A stretch of 64,000 nucleotides of DNA from Candidatus Hodarchaeota archaeon (GTDB taxonomy: Archaea > Asgardarchaeota > Heimdallarchaeia > Hodarchaeales > Hodarchaeaceae): contig JAEOTM010000204.1 in assembly GCA_016839815.1 (NCBI GenBank), positions 1 through 64,000 on the forward strand. The letters run 5' to 3'. The translations under genes were made by a program, and so were the position numbers. Under the pieces are notes generated by a model, which saw only the letters and a program-made list of their open reading frames with translations, was not told where the DNA came from and ran no database searches. Shown piece after piece: positions 20,966 to 30,724 of this stretch; the first letter of the stretch is position 1, and the number at the start of each line of letters is the position of its first letter.

Positions 20966-21937
20966 ATGGACTCTCAAACCATTCTTGACCTTTTTTGTGG
21001 AGCAGGGGGCTTTTCTCTGGGTTTCAGTTTAACTACCGACCGAAAAAAGGCAAGGTTGGCTATTGACAAGAATAACTGGGCTCTTGAAACTTACAAGAAG
21101 AACTTTCCATTCGCACGTACTCTCCAACGAGATATTACCCAGCTTCACTCCTTGGAACTCTTAAAACTATTAAATGTGACAGAACCAGATATCGTATTAG
21201 CAAGTCCTCCCTGTGAGGCGTTTTCCTCTGCGAACACGAATAGAAAATCTACTGATTACGATCGTTTATATTCTGACTCTACTGGGAGAAATATGCTACA
21301 TGCAATTCGTCTCATCATCGATCTTAATCCTACTTTTTTTTTCATTGAAAATGTCCAGCAAGTTGCCAATTATAATATGCAAAAGTATCTTCGCCGTGAG
21401 TTCTCGGATTCGACCTATTCAAAAATTTATTTCAATGTATTAGAGTCATTAAACTTTGGGGTACCAAGTGCGAGAAAAAGAGTCTTCATCTCGAACATCG
21501 AAATACCCTCAATTCCACGTGATAAAGAGTTTAGTAAAGTAAAAACTGCATTACAGGGATTAGAGGATACTGAGAGTTTTCATGAGTTTTTAAATCATGA
21601 AGAAGTTCCCCTTTCCCATAAAATTGCAAAAAAAATTCCAAGAACACCACCAAATGGAGCCTTGATTTATTTTCGGGGAAGTGGACGAAGAACGTTCCGA
21701 AACTATATCCGTCTGGATGCACAGTCATATGCACCTACGGTAATGGGGAAAAGTCGATTTATTCATCCACTAGAACATAGATTATGCACAGTCCGTGAAC
21801 ATGCCCGTTTAATGTCGTATCCAGACAATTTTGAGTTTATTGGTCCCCTTGTTGCCCAATATAATCAAGTTGGAGAAAGTGTCCCTCCCCTCATAAGTAA
21901 GGGAATTGCGAATTGCTTATCTCAAATAACTCAGTAG
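20966..21937 (+). CDS. cytosine-C5 methyltransferase (orphan)
   Basis: Motif I 'DLFCGAGG', IV 'SPPCEAFS', VI 'ENV', VIII 'RKRVFI', IX/X 'TVREHARLMSYPD', 'QVGESVPP'. Confidence 0.92.
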   Translation: MDSQTILDLFCGAGGFSLGFSLTTDRKKARLAIDKNNWALETYKKNFPFARTLQRDITQLHSLELLKLLNVTEPDIVLASPPCEAFSSANTNRKSTDYDRLYSDSTGRNMLHAIRLIIDLNPTFFFIENVQQVANYNMQKYLRREFSDSTYSKIYFNVLESLNFGVPSARKRVFISNIEIPSIPRDKEFSKVKTALQGLEDTESFHEFLNHEEVPLSHKIAKKIPRTPPNGALIYFRGSGRRTFRNYIRLDAQSYAPTVMGKSRFIHPLEHRLCTVREHARLMSYPDNFEFIGPLVAQYNQVGESVPPLISKGIANCLSQITQ

Positions 21938-21977
21938 TATAAAAGAAAGTATTTGAACCTAAAACAGAAAGCTTTCA

Positions 21978-22289
21978 TTGATAAATCAATTACTTCTGGA
22001 GCGAAATTATCAATTGCAAGCCAAAGTCGTCCGAAAAGAAGAATCTTTACTTGAATTTGAGGTAGCAGGAGAAAATCATACCTTCTTAAACTTACTTAGA
22101 GAATCGTTAACGGATCAAAAAGGCGTTTTGTTTGCAGCTTATCGATTTCCTCATCCACTTCTTGAAAATCCAATATTCTACCTTCGCACTGCTGGTATCA
22201 ATCCTATTGACGCACTAGCAACTGCAGCAGAGAGCATCAATAAGCAATGTGACGAATTAACTAAGCAAATTAGTGAAAAAATAGATTGA
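21978..22289 (+). CDS. rpoL: RNA polymerase subunit L (Rpo11)
   Basis: 'GENHTFLNLLR', 'VLFAAYRFPHPL'; true start may be TTG at about 22014. Confidence 0.93.
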   Translation: MINQLLLERNYQLQAKVVRKEESLLEFEVAGENHTFLNLLRESLTDQKGVLFAAYRFPHPLLENPIFYLRTAGINPIDALATAAESINKQCDELTKQISEKID

Positions 22290-22315
22290 AAAATTGATGA
22301 TGAACCCAAAGGAAA

Positions 22316-22783
22316 ATGGGTTTAAATTTGCCGTTCATTCAGGATCAACTGAAAACCACCTTCCAGGGAAAGGATGCTCAGAAAATCATTCGTGATTTTA
22401 TTTTTACCAAGGGAAACGCAAAATTGGGTGATTCGCTAGTAAATTTCATCTATTCTCTAGCGAAAAGTGGAATAACTGAATCTTCTACAGGCACCAAAGT
22501 ATCAGACCAAATCTTAGCTTTGGCTTTTAGATCGTCTCAATGGACTAAAGGGGATTATTTAAAGTTAAAGGGGAATAAAGGGCAGTTAGCTGATCAAGTC
22601 GAAGCGCTTATCCTTTTCTTTTGGATACAAGAGTTAATTTCTATTGATGACTATGTTAAATGTTTGATGCAAAATTTGAACCCTAAAAAACTACAGCACC
22701 CTCGAGAGGAAAAAGAAACAGCTATTCAAGGATTTATAGGGGTGCTAAATTTGTGCAATTCAACCTGGATTAACCTTATGTAA
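22316..22783 (+). CDS. hypothetical protein
   Basis: 155-aa ATG ORF filling the gap after rpoL; no motif recognised. Confidence 0.55.
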   Translation: MGLNLPFIQDQLKTTFQGKDAQKIIRDFIFTKGNAKLGDSLVNFIYSLAKSGITESSTGTKVSDQILALAFRSSQWTKGDYLKLKGNKGQLADQVEALILFFWIQELISIDDYVKCLMQNLNPKKLQHPREEKETAIQGFIGVLNLCNSTWINLM

Positions 22784-22831
22784 AGAAATAAAAAAAGGCC
22801 TCAATCAATATACCTAAAATTTCGATTAACT

Positions 22832-24025
22832 TTAGGTATATTCATTCTGACCGGTTATCGATTCTTTTTTCTTTGCAATCACTTTTCCAATTGCTGAACG
22901 GAAATGTTCTGACTTCACCATTGTGCCTCGCTCCCGAATAGCAAACATACCAGCTTCCTGTGTTATAGCACTAATATCAGCACCAGAGGCTTTCTCCATT
23001 TGTGTTGCAACCGACTCTAAGTCTACTTTTTTATCGATATTCATATTCCTGGTATGAATCTTCAAAATTTCTAATCTTTCTTCAAGATTGGGTAATGGAA
23101 CCTCAATATGGCGGTCAAATCGGCCTGGACGCATTAAGGCTGGATCAAGAATATCTACACGATTCGTCGCACCGATAATTTTTACGTCCCCTCGTGGGGA
23201 AAATCCATCTAACTCACTTAATAGTTGCATTAATGTTCGTTGTACTTCACGATCTCCACTTGTTGCAATATCAAGTCGTTTACTGCCAATTGCATCGAGT
23301 TCATCAATGAATAAGATACTAGGAGAATTATCACGGGCATAAGCAAATACTTCCCGGACAAGTCGGGCTCCTTCACCGATATATTTCTGAACGAGTTCTG
23401 ATCCAATGACACGAATGAATGTAGCTTGTGTTTCATGAGCTACTGCTTTTACCATCAATGTTTTTCCTGAACCAGGAGGGCCATGTAGCAGAACACCTTT
23501 GGGTGGTTCAATTCCTACCTTTTCAAATAACTCAGGTTGTAATAGTGGGAGTTCGACTGTTTCCCGAAGGTCTAATAGTTGATCACGCAGTCCACCGATA
23601 TCTTCGTAAGTTTCAGATGGTTTAGTATCAATTTCCATACTTCGTACGAGAGGATCTGTGCTTTGGGGAAGAATTTCTAAGATAGCAAAGTTTCTCTGAT
23701 GAAGAGCCACTCGACTATTTGGGACCAGTATATCCTTTGGAATGGTTGAATCAATCACAACAACAAATGAAGGGCCAGTAGAACTCTTCACAATAGCTTT
23801 TCCATTCTCTAGAACTTCCAATAATGTACCTGTAAACAGAGGAGGTTGTTTAAGTTTTTGTAGTTCAAGTCGTAAGTTATCTCGATCCTCTTCAAGCTTA
23901 TTTCGTTGAACTTCTAACAATTGTTTCTCTGTTTCCAGTGTGCGTATCCGACGTTCCATTGTACGAGTATAAGAATCAGTGAACTCATCGAACGTGGCTT
24001 TTTTATCATCCACAGTTTCTGGCAT
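22832..24025 (-). CDS. pan: proteasome-activating nucleotidase
   Basis: Coiled coil + OB + AAA ('GPPGSGKT', 'FIDELDAIG', '[10 protein letters not shown]'); penultimate Tyr at the C-terminus. Confidence 0.97.
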   Translation of the reverse strand: MPETVDDKKATFDEFTDSYTRTMERRIRTLETEKQLLEVQRNKLEEDRDNLRLELQKLKQPPLFTGTLLEVLENGKAIVKSSTGPSFVVVIDSTIPKDILVPNSRVALHQRNFAILEILPQSTDPLVRSMEIDTKPSETYEDIGGLRDQLLDLRETVELPLLQPELFEKVGIEPPKGVLLHGPPGSGKTLMVKAVAHETQATFIRVIGSELVQKYIGEGARLVREVFAYARDNSPSILFIDELDAIGSKRLDIATSGDREVQRTLMQLLSELDGFSPRGDVKIIGATNRVDILDPALMRPGRFDRHIEVPLPNLEERLEILKIHTRNMNIDKKVDLESVATQMEKASGADISAITQEAGMFAIRERGTMVKSEHFRSAIGKVIAKKKESITGQNEYT

Positions 24026-24377
24026 AATAATACCTACTTGAGTGATTAAGGTTAAACTCGTTCAAATCCTTACTAAAGATTCAAAGCGTATAAGTACTTG
24101 AATTTAAGGATAGAAAGAGCTTTTTTCCACTAATAGTTACAGACTGAATGATCCTTTATTTTTCTTTTCATACGGGTTACTGAAAAAACGACTTTTTTTT
24201 GTCCGTTCATTGAGATAGTCTGTGGAGTATCTCCTTCCTCTTCAATCGTTGAAAACGAATTTTCCGAGTTGATACTATAAAATTAGCTTTTGTCATCTTG
24301 GCCGAATTTTAATATTTTTAGCTAAGAGGTTAAATAGAAGTCAGGAATTTATTTTATATGTTGAGGAAGTCTTATTT

Positions 24378-24893
24378 TTGAGTAAAATACAGCAATGTGA
24401 AATGTGTGGGTCTGAAGGTTTTCTTTCACTTGTTGAAATTGACCATGTAGAACTTTATGCGTGTCCAAAATGCGCGAAATTTGGAAAACCTGTAATAAAA
24501 CGTCCAAAATCTGACCAACGAGCAAGATACAAAAAACACCAAGCTCAACCTCGAGCTAAGGCAAAACCTGTTATCCGAAAACCTCCAAAGAAAGATTTCT
24601 TACATGATAAAATCCTTGTGGATGGTTATGGACACCTGATCCAAGAAGCTCGCAAAGAACGAGGGTATGGACGAGCTCAGTTTGCTGGTTTAATAAAGGA
24701 AAAAGAGACTTTATTAGCACGAATCGAAGCTGAACGGGTTATTCCAACAGACAGAGTGGTCGCCAAGATTGAGCGGGAATTAGATATTGAGCTCAAAACT
24801 GAAATCGCTGATGAAAGCTCTACGGTGGAGGATATCATACCCCGAGCTACGACTATTGGTTCAATTGCAAAAATAAAACGAAAACAAAAGTAA
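24378..24893 (+). CDS. mbf1: archaeal multiprotein bridging factor 1
   Basis: N-terminal 'CEMCG...CPKCAKFG' zinc ribbon, Cro-type HTH, 'TTIGSI' tail; adjacent to pan. Confidence 0.92.
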   Translation: MSKIQQCEMCGSEGFLSLVEIDHVELYACPKCAKFGKPVIKRPKSDQRARYKKHQAQPRAKAKPVIRKPPKKDFLHDKILVDGYGHLIQEARKERGYGRAQFAGLIKEKETLLARIEAERVIPTDRVVAKIERELDIELKTEIADESSTVEDIIPRATTIGSIAKIKRKQK

Positions 24894-25017
24894 TCCTTGC
24901 CAATAGGATGGCTTACACAATCCAATATATTAGAAAAACCTTTACAGCGTATTCTGATAGTCTAACTACTATTTCCACTTCACGATAACCTTTAACAAGT
25001 GGGTTTAAGGACGGTAT

Positions 25018-25078
25018 AGATGGATGGTAAGGTAAAGTAGGCCTCTCTAATCCAATAATTCGGCCTTACTAGCCATTT
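25018..25078 (+). promoter_or_regulatory. hairpin in the 5' leader of rps8-rpl6
   Basis: AGATGGATGGTAAGGT pairs with GCCTTACTAGCCATTT (about 15 bp including G-U, one mismatch). Confidence 0.45.
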
Positions 25079-25111
25079 TCATTTGAATCAATCCTAAAAG
25101 AGAAGAATATT

Positions 25112-25498
25112 ATGGTTATGCATGACCCCTTAGCTAATGCGATGTCCACAATAGCAAACGCGGAAGTTCTCGGTCGTAAAGAAGTCACAATTAGACCTGC
25201 TAGTAGAATTATTGCGAATGTTTTGCGTGTGATCCAAAAATACGGAACCATTGGCGAATTTGAAGTTATGGAAGATTTATGGATTATCTCTGTTCAGCTC
25301 TTAGGCCGAATTACTAAAATTGGCGTTATAAAACCCAGATATCCAGTTAAAGTCAATGATTATGTAGAGTGGGAAAAAAGGTTCCTTCCTGCTAGAGACA
25401 TGGGAATTCTTGTTGTTTCAACTTCGGAAGGAGTCATGTCACATCATGAAGCTGCAGATAAAAATCTTGGTGGGAGACTATTAGCTTACGTATACTAA
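25112..25498 (+). CDS. rps8: 30S ribosomal protein uS8
   Basis: '[10 protein letters not shown]', 'GVIKPRYPV', 'STSEGVMSH', 'GGRLLAYVY'. Confidence 0.97.
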   Translation: MVMHDPLANAMSTIANAEVLGRKEVTIRPASRIIANVLRVIQKYGTIGEFEVMEDLWIISVQLLGRITKIGVIKPRYPVKVNDYVEWEKRFLPARDMGILVVSTSEGVMSHHEAADKNLGGRLLAYVY

Positions 25499-25505
25499 TC
25501 TTGGA

Positions 25506-26069
25506 GTGAACATACCGATGACACATTTTACTGTTGAAAAAACTGTTGAAATCCCCGATGATATAAAGGTTGACATGAAACAAATTCGTGGGGGATATAC
25601 GGTTGAAATAGAAGGACCCAAGGGTAAAATTGAAAAGGATTTTACACGATTAAGTGTTAAAATCTCGCTTGAAGATAAGAAATTTGTTATTACAAGTCAT
25701 TTCGGCAAAAAAAGAGAAGCTTCAATGGTGGGTACTATTGCAGGTCATCTTAAAAATATGATCCAGGGTGTGAAAGAACTCTACACATACCAAGTCCAAA
25801 TCATTACTTCTCACTTTCCTGCTACAGTTGAAGTCCAAAAATCTGTTGTCCTCATAAAGAATTTATATGGAAGAAGAGATCCTATAGAAGTTCCATATGA
25901 TTCATCTGTTGATATAAAAGTCAAGGGAGATCTAGTCACTTTAACTGGTATTAATAAAGAATTAGTTTCACAAGCTGCTGCTCGATTAGCAGAATCTTCA
26001 AGATTACGAGGTCGTCGAAGTAAAGATCCAACCGTCTTTCAAGATGGGCTTTATGTACTAAATACATAA
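25506..26069 (+). CDS. rpl6: 50S ribosomal protein uL6
   Basis: 'GPKG', 'HLKNMIQGV', 'SHFP', 'KDPTVFQDGLYV'. Confidence 0.96.
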   Translation: MNIPMTHFTVEKTVEIPDDIKVDMKQIRGGYTVEIEGPKGKIEKDFTRLSVKISLEDKKFVITSHFGKKREASMVGTIAGHLKNMIQGVKELYTYQVQIITSHFPATVEVQKSVVLIKNLYGRRDPIEVPYDSSVDIKVKGDLVTLTGINKELVSQAAARLAESSRLRGRRSKDPTVFQDGLYVLNT

Positions 26070-26128
26070 ATAACCAAGAATCTCAAGTCACTTAAGCAAT
26101 CTTGCTACAAAACAGATTAACATCTATT

Positions 26129-26234
26129 GGGCCTGTAGCTCAGTCTAGGATGTATATCGTCTTCATCCTCTGAAATGGTTAGAGCGTCCGGCTCATAACC
26201 GGATGGTTCGTGGGTTCAAATCCCCCCAGGCCCA
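26129..26234 (+). tRNA. tRNA-CAT (Ile2-type) with 30-nt D-loop intron (26146-26175, position 17/17a)
   Basis: GGGCCTG/CAGGCCC acceptor typical of Ile2, TCCGG-CTCATAA-CCGGA; BHB TCAG/CTGA with intron helix AGGATG/CATCCT. Confidence 0.9.
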
Positions 26235-26250
26235 CATTCTAGGTAAAAAA

Positions 26251-26417
26251 GGCATCATAGCTCAGTTAGGATAAAGATTTGATCTTTATCTCTGAAGAGG
26301 TAGAGCGTTCGGCTGTTAATTAATATCTTTCATTCAGAAGGAGACACAGACACCGAGTGGTCGCAGGTTCAAGTGTTAAACACGTTTAGTCTTTAACTGA
26401 AAATCCTGCTGGTGCCG
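26251..26417 (+). tRNA. tRNA-Asn(GTT) with three introns: 26268-26297 (17/17a), 26319-26351 (37/38), 26374-26403 (59/60)
   Basis: Removing three BHB-flanked segments (central helices TCAG/CTGA, CTGT/ACAG, TTCA/TGAA) leaves a normal 74-nt cloverleaf. Confidence 0.92.
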
Positions 26418-26525
26418 CTTCCTTCTTTTTATTCTATAAGCTCTAAAGATTTGATTACTAGAGAATTATAATCCCACTGTGAAAGCTTCAAGTGTTTAGA
26501 ATCAGTGGAGAACCTATCTAGGTTT

Positions 26526-28517
26526 TTACTCTTCTACTGTCTCTTTCGGGATTCTAGTTTGAAGGAAAGCTGTAAGCATTTCTTGAATCAATTGATAAGG
26601 AATGCCTTTGGTTGCAATAAGACTACTTACGTACATTAAGTTGAGGTGTTCTTCATCCTCTACTGGGAGTTGCGCTCCTCCTAGTTGGACGTTTATCAGC
26701 TGTGCAGTTAAAAATGGAAATTCCTCATCATCAACTGGTACTGTCTTCATTACGGTCTTCATATTCTGAATAAAAGAGATTCCGAGGTCGATAAAAAAAT
26801 TGGTCAGTGGAAGTTCAAAAAAATCATAATTGTAAATCAGTTCTTCAATTTCAATCTTTAAAGGTTCAGTTTCACCTCTGAGGATAGTATTCTGAGCAAA
26901 ATTTTCTAGTAATAATGCCCATCTTTTTTTCTTGAATAAATTATCAGTGCGTAGAAGATTCTTCACGCTTAAACGAACTTCATGATAATAGACATCATCG
27001 CACTCATCTTCTAGGTAGTGGATTGCCTGAAGGAGGGAAAGGATTGTCCGACTAAAGAGCTTAAATTTAAATTCCTCCCCTAAAAATACACTTTCTCTTA
27101 AATCTCGGGTAATTATCATAATTGACAATTTAATGAGATTCTGAAACATAAGTGGGGGAGAAGTTGCATGTTCAGTTGTCTCATCAATACTCTCTTCTAA
27201 TTCGAGAATTTCTTCTTTACTGATCTCATATCGTTCCATTTTAGTGGTTAGTTCTTCAATATTCTTCTTTTGAATCCCTTGAAGATGTTCTTTTTTATAA
27301 ATGTATGAAGCTTTCAGGATTGGAATCATTGCCATGTATTTTCTTTCTTCAGTTTCTTTACTACTGTAAAGCTCTTCTAAAAGTTCAGCTGCTTTGAAAA
27401 GATGATAGTACCAAAAATCTTCCCCAAGTAGATATTCAAGAGCCAAGTTGAAAATAGCTCCATACCATTTACGATGAAAACTCTTAGAAAACGAGAAACT
27501 TGTTAAGAATACATTTTCTATATGCCACATTTCTCGTGTAATCAATGACGGATTGATATAATACTTGTCAAACACGAAGTGTTTCAAGGCTCGGGAAGGC
27601 TTATAATCTTTAGAATCTGCTTCAAGTACCATGAAGGGTAGCCAGATTGGGATCAGTGCGACTGTATAATTGAAAGCCTCAGCAAAAGCATCTAGATCTT
27701 TAACCTTCTTAGGACCTCTACCAAACTTAACGCCGAAACGAGGAGGTTTAATATCAAAATTATCCCCAAATCCCAGTTCATCTCGGTAGAAAATTACCAG
27801 CCATTCCGCAAATCCTCGTTTAATTAGTTCAACATTTACAAATATGTCTTTTAAGGCGAATAAGGCAATTTGGGAAATTTTTTGAAGGAAAGAAAGTATC
27901 TGTTCCCGATTATGTTTGTCTGGAGGAATTATATCAGCTAATTGAGAAAAGAAATCCAAGCTGAAATCTAAAGAGTCGTGTAGACGAATCTCTAATCCTC
28001 GTTGTCGTTGTACGCCATGTAAAACCTCATGAATGATTAATCCAGTTAATCCTTTTCGATTTTTCTTTAGAAATAATTTTGTGCTCTCTTCCAACCGAAT
28101 GAAGACAAATTCTTTATCCTGGAATCCCCATGAAAATGAAGATTGGAACGGCCGATCAAAAAACTGTAGTATGTCTTTTAGATGATTTTCTGGAATTGTC
28201 AATGCTTTGAGATATTTCTTTAATTCGGTAGACTTTTGTATATCTGAAAAAATTATTGTCATATCAGTCAATGGTTCAAGAAAGGTCTGAACTTCATCAG
28301 ATCTCAATACTTTGTGAAGAATAGCCTTTTTTTTCTGAAAAAAGTCTAATAGGACGATTTTGCAACCATCTATCTCAAATTCCATTTTTAGTCCATCCAA
28401 GAGTGATCTAGCTCGAGCTATATTAATTAATCCTAGATGAACGAGAGTCACAAGAATACTAAATATTTCTATTCTTTCTACGAAACTGGATCTGGTCAGG
28501 CCTAATATCATGTTCAT
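26526..28517 (-). CDS. large hypothetical protein with HExxH motif
   Basis: 'LIIHEVLHGVQR'; true start possibly ATG at about 28385 (MEFEID). Confidence 0.7.
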   Translation of the reverse strand: MNMILGLTRSSFVERIEIFSILVTLVHLGLINIARARSLLDGLKMEFEIDGCKIVLLDFFQKKKAILHKVLRSDEVQTFLEPLTDMTIIFSDIQKSTELKKYLKALTIPENHLKDILQFFDRPFQSSFSWGFQDKEFVFIRLEESTKLFLKKNRKGLTGLIIHEVLHGVQRQRGLEIRLHDSLDFSLDFFSQLADIIPPDKHNREQILSFLQKISQIALFALKDIFVNVELIKRGFAEWLVIFYRDELGFGDNFDIKPPRFGVKFGRGPKKVKDLDAFAEAFNYTVALIPIWLPFMVLEADSKDYKPSRALKHFVFDKYYINPSLITREMWHIENVFLTSFSFSKSFHRKWYGAIFNLALEYLLGEDFWYYHLFKAAELLEELYSSKETEERKYMAMIPILKASYIYKKEHLQGIQKKNIEELTTKMERYEISKEEILELEESIDETTEHATSPPLMFQNLIKLSIMIITRDLRESVFLGEEFKFKLFSRTILSLLQAIHYLEDECDDVYYHEVRLSVKNLLRTDNLFKKKRWALLLENFAQNTILRGETEPLKIEIEELIYNYDFFELPLTNFFIDLGISFIQNMKTVMKTVPVDDEEFPFLTAQLINVQLGGAQLPVEDEEHLNLMYVSSLIATKGIPYQLIQEMLTAFLQTRIPKETVEE

Positions 28518-28897
28518 TCTTTTTCCAAACGTTTAAATAGAAATCCATCCGTATAATAGTTTTTGCCATTTTAGACACGGCTATTATCACTTTAACGGAG
28601 AATCCGTTAAGGAAAGAGAGAAAGAAGAAAAATAGAACAAGTACCTTCAAATATAGGCGCGCTTAACATCTATCTTATTGGTAAATTACCCGACTTAAAT
28701 CCTCAATCTAGAAATAAAGTTATATAGTCATGTAGATATTCGAACTAAATGAGGATTTTTTACTTCCAAAAAAAAAATGGGGAGTAAAAAAATGAAGAAA
28801 TTTAGACAAATTTGAATGCTAAAAATGTGAAGTTTTAGAATTTCCCATTGTCAAATTTGGTTCAACACAACTTAACTTACTGTGGAGTAAAAGAACT

Positions 28898-29497
28898 TTG
28901 CCACGAGGAAACGCTGATGAAACCGACGAAGAATTACTCCACAAACTCTCAAAATTTGAACGTCCTGTTACTATCAATGATTTGGTATATCGATTAAATT
29001 GGAGCCGAGGAAAAGTTGATGGTTCATTAGCACGATTGGTTGAGAAGCAAGCAATTGCGGTAGTAAACATTTCAAAACCAAAAGGTCAACGTCAACGATA
29101 CATTGGCCTCCCAGAAAAAGAATACTGGCAATCGTTCCATGAAAACTATATTATTGAACAGAAAGCTGTTTTAATTTACGATTCCTTTGGGGTTCTTCAA
29201 CCTTTTACCAGTTTCATTTTAGAAGCAACAGCTTCTAGCCGTAATACAAACGTTGATTCAACCATTCTTTCAGTCATTAATGATTATCTTGCTCAAATTA
29301 CTGAGGTTATCCAAGAAAGAGATCTATCAGCCGCACAGTTCATAGAAAACGCCATTCAATACTACATCAATCCAGAGTACGCAATATTAGCAAAAAATCT
29401 TGTTAATGTCGTAGTAGAAGCAATGAAATCTGAGGAAAATACAATTGAGAGCGAAACTGCAAGGTCTTTTGTTAAAAGAGCAGAATTATTAGGTTAA
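28898..29497 (+). CDS. winged-helix DNA-binding protein
   Basis: 'VTINDLVYRLNWSRGKVDGSLARLVEKQAI...QRYI' wHTH. Confidence 0.75.
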   Translation: MPRGNADETDEELLHKLSKFERPVTINDLVYRLNWSRGKVDGSLARLVEKQAIAVVNISKPKGQRQRYIGLPEKEYWQSFHENYIIEQKAVLIYDSFGVLQPFTSFILEATASSRNTNVDSTILSVINDYLAQITEVIQERDLSAAQFIENAIQYYINPEYAILAKNLVNVVVEAMKSEENTIESETARSFVKRAELLG

Positions 29498-29513
29498 TTT
29501 GGAGATATAACTG

Positions 29514-30572
29514 ATGACAAAGAAAAGGAGGCAAATTCCGAGAAAAAAAGGCTCAACAGTTAACACGATTTTAGAGAGTCCATTTGAAAACTTGGAAAAG
29601 GTGATATCTCATTTAAAAACAGGTAATAGTCGCTCAGGATTATTATTAGCAGCAACTGATTCAAAAGGATCACTTAAAAAAAAGAAAACGAGGAATAAAC
29701 AATTCAAGCCCATTTTTTCAAAATTTGACGAGGTTTTTGTAGTCTGTCAAAATTGTGGTAAAAGATCAATATACAATGAGTTAATCTCTGGAATCTGTTT
29801 CACTTGCCATAATCAAGAAGAATTGAATCGTGTGGAGAAACAACTTAAGGAATCCAAGACTGAACAGCAAATTGTTAAATTAATTTCTCGTCTGGGTGAA
29901 TTAGAGACACAAATGAAATCTCTGGAAAACAAGCAACAAGAATTCACCTCGGAGGATTATTTATCAACAGTAATCGAAGAAATTAGTGGTACAGTCCGAG
30001 ACAGTATTACTTCTAATCTTACACAGCTTACAAGTAGTACACACTCCCCTTCCTCTCCCTCAAGTTTTAAAGTGATCAATCCCCCACCCCCGCCACCACC
30101 TCCAGGAGCCATACGTTCCCCAACACAACAACTTACTCCATCAGCAACTACTTCACATATCAATTTTTCCGAGCTAACTTTAGAGGAGTTATCAGCTTTT
30201 TCTTCACAAACACTGAATTCTCTATCATTAGAACAACGAAATAAATATACTCTTAGAATCAAAGAGCTACAACGACTTGAAAAAATGTCCCCCGCTGAAC
30301 GGAAAGCATATTTTCAAGAAAAAACAACTTTCAAAAAACAACACTCCGACCGCCAAAGCGTTATTACTAGTCTTGAAGATTTATCCAACCCTCTATTCAG
30401 AAAGATGAAGGAACAGGCAGATAAAACTATATTGGCGGGGAAAGGTACATTTGGCTTTTTTGCAGAAAAAAAGGTATTCATGCACTGTCACAACTGTAAC
30501 AACACGAATCAGATTATTGAGGGAGAAGAAGCGACCTGTAAATTCTGTAAGTCCCCCCTCAGCAATCGATAA
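29514..30572 (+). CDS. zinc-ribbon / coiled-coil / polyproline protein
   Basis: Two CxxC..CxxC ribbons, coiled coil, Pro8 run at 30081-30104. Confidence 0.75.
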   Translation: MTKKRRQIPRKKGSTVNTILESPFENLEKVISHLKTGNSRSGLLLAATDSKGSLKKKKTRNKQFKPIFSKFDEVFVVCQNCGKRSIYNELISGICFTCHNQEELNRVEKQLKESKTEQQIVKLISRLGELETQMKSLENKQQEFTSEDYLSTVIEEISGTVRDSITSNLTQLTSSTHSPSSPSSFKVINPPPPPPPPGAIRSPTQQLTPSATTSHINFSELTLEELSAFSSQTLNSLSLEQRNKYTLRIKELQRLEKMSPAERKAYFQEKTTFKKQHSDRQSVITSLEDLSNPLFRKMKEQADKTILAGKGTFGFFAEKKVFMHCHNCNNTNQIIEGEEATCKFCKSPLSNR

Positions 30573-30578
30573 TTTCAA

Positions 30579-30677
30579 TTGACTTGTCCGATATCAACTT
30601 CAAAATATTGACTTTTTGTATGACAAGCTTTAAAAGTTAACAAGTCATTTGACAAGTTAAGATAGTTGACTTGTCAA
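30579..30677. promoter_or_regulatory. array of TTGACWWGTCAA-like palindromes around the satD promoter
   Basis: TTGACTTGTCCG 30579, TTAACAAGTCAT 30637, TTGACAAGTTAA 30649, TTGACTTGTCAA 30666; TATA-like TTTAAAA at 30629. Confidence 0.7.
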
Positions 30678-30724
30678 CAAACCAATTTGTAGATATTGAA
30701 AAACATCCGAGTAGTGAAGATACA

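Noticed and set aside
20966-21937. Type II restriction-modification system
   Set aside because: No endonuclease neighbour; the upstream gene looks SPOUT-like rather than a nuclease
30579-30677. Short repeats considered as a mini-CRISPR or replication iterons
   Set aside because: 12-bp units with irregular 0-46 nt spacing, no cas or rep gene; better explained as operators
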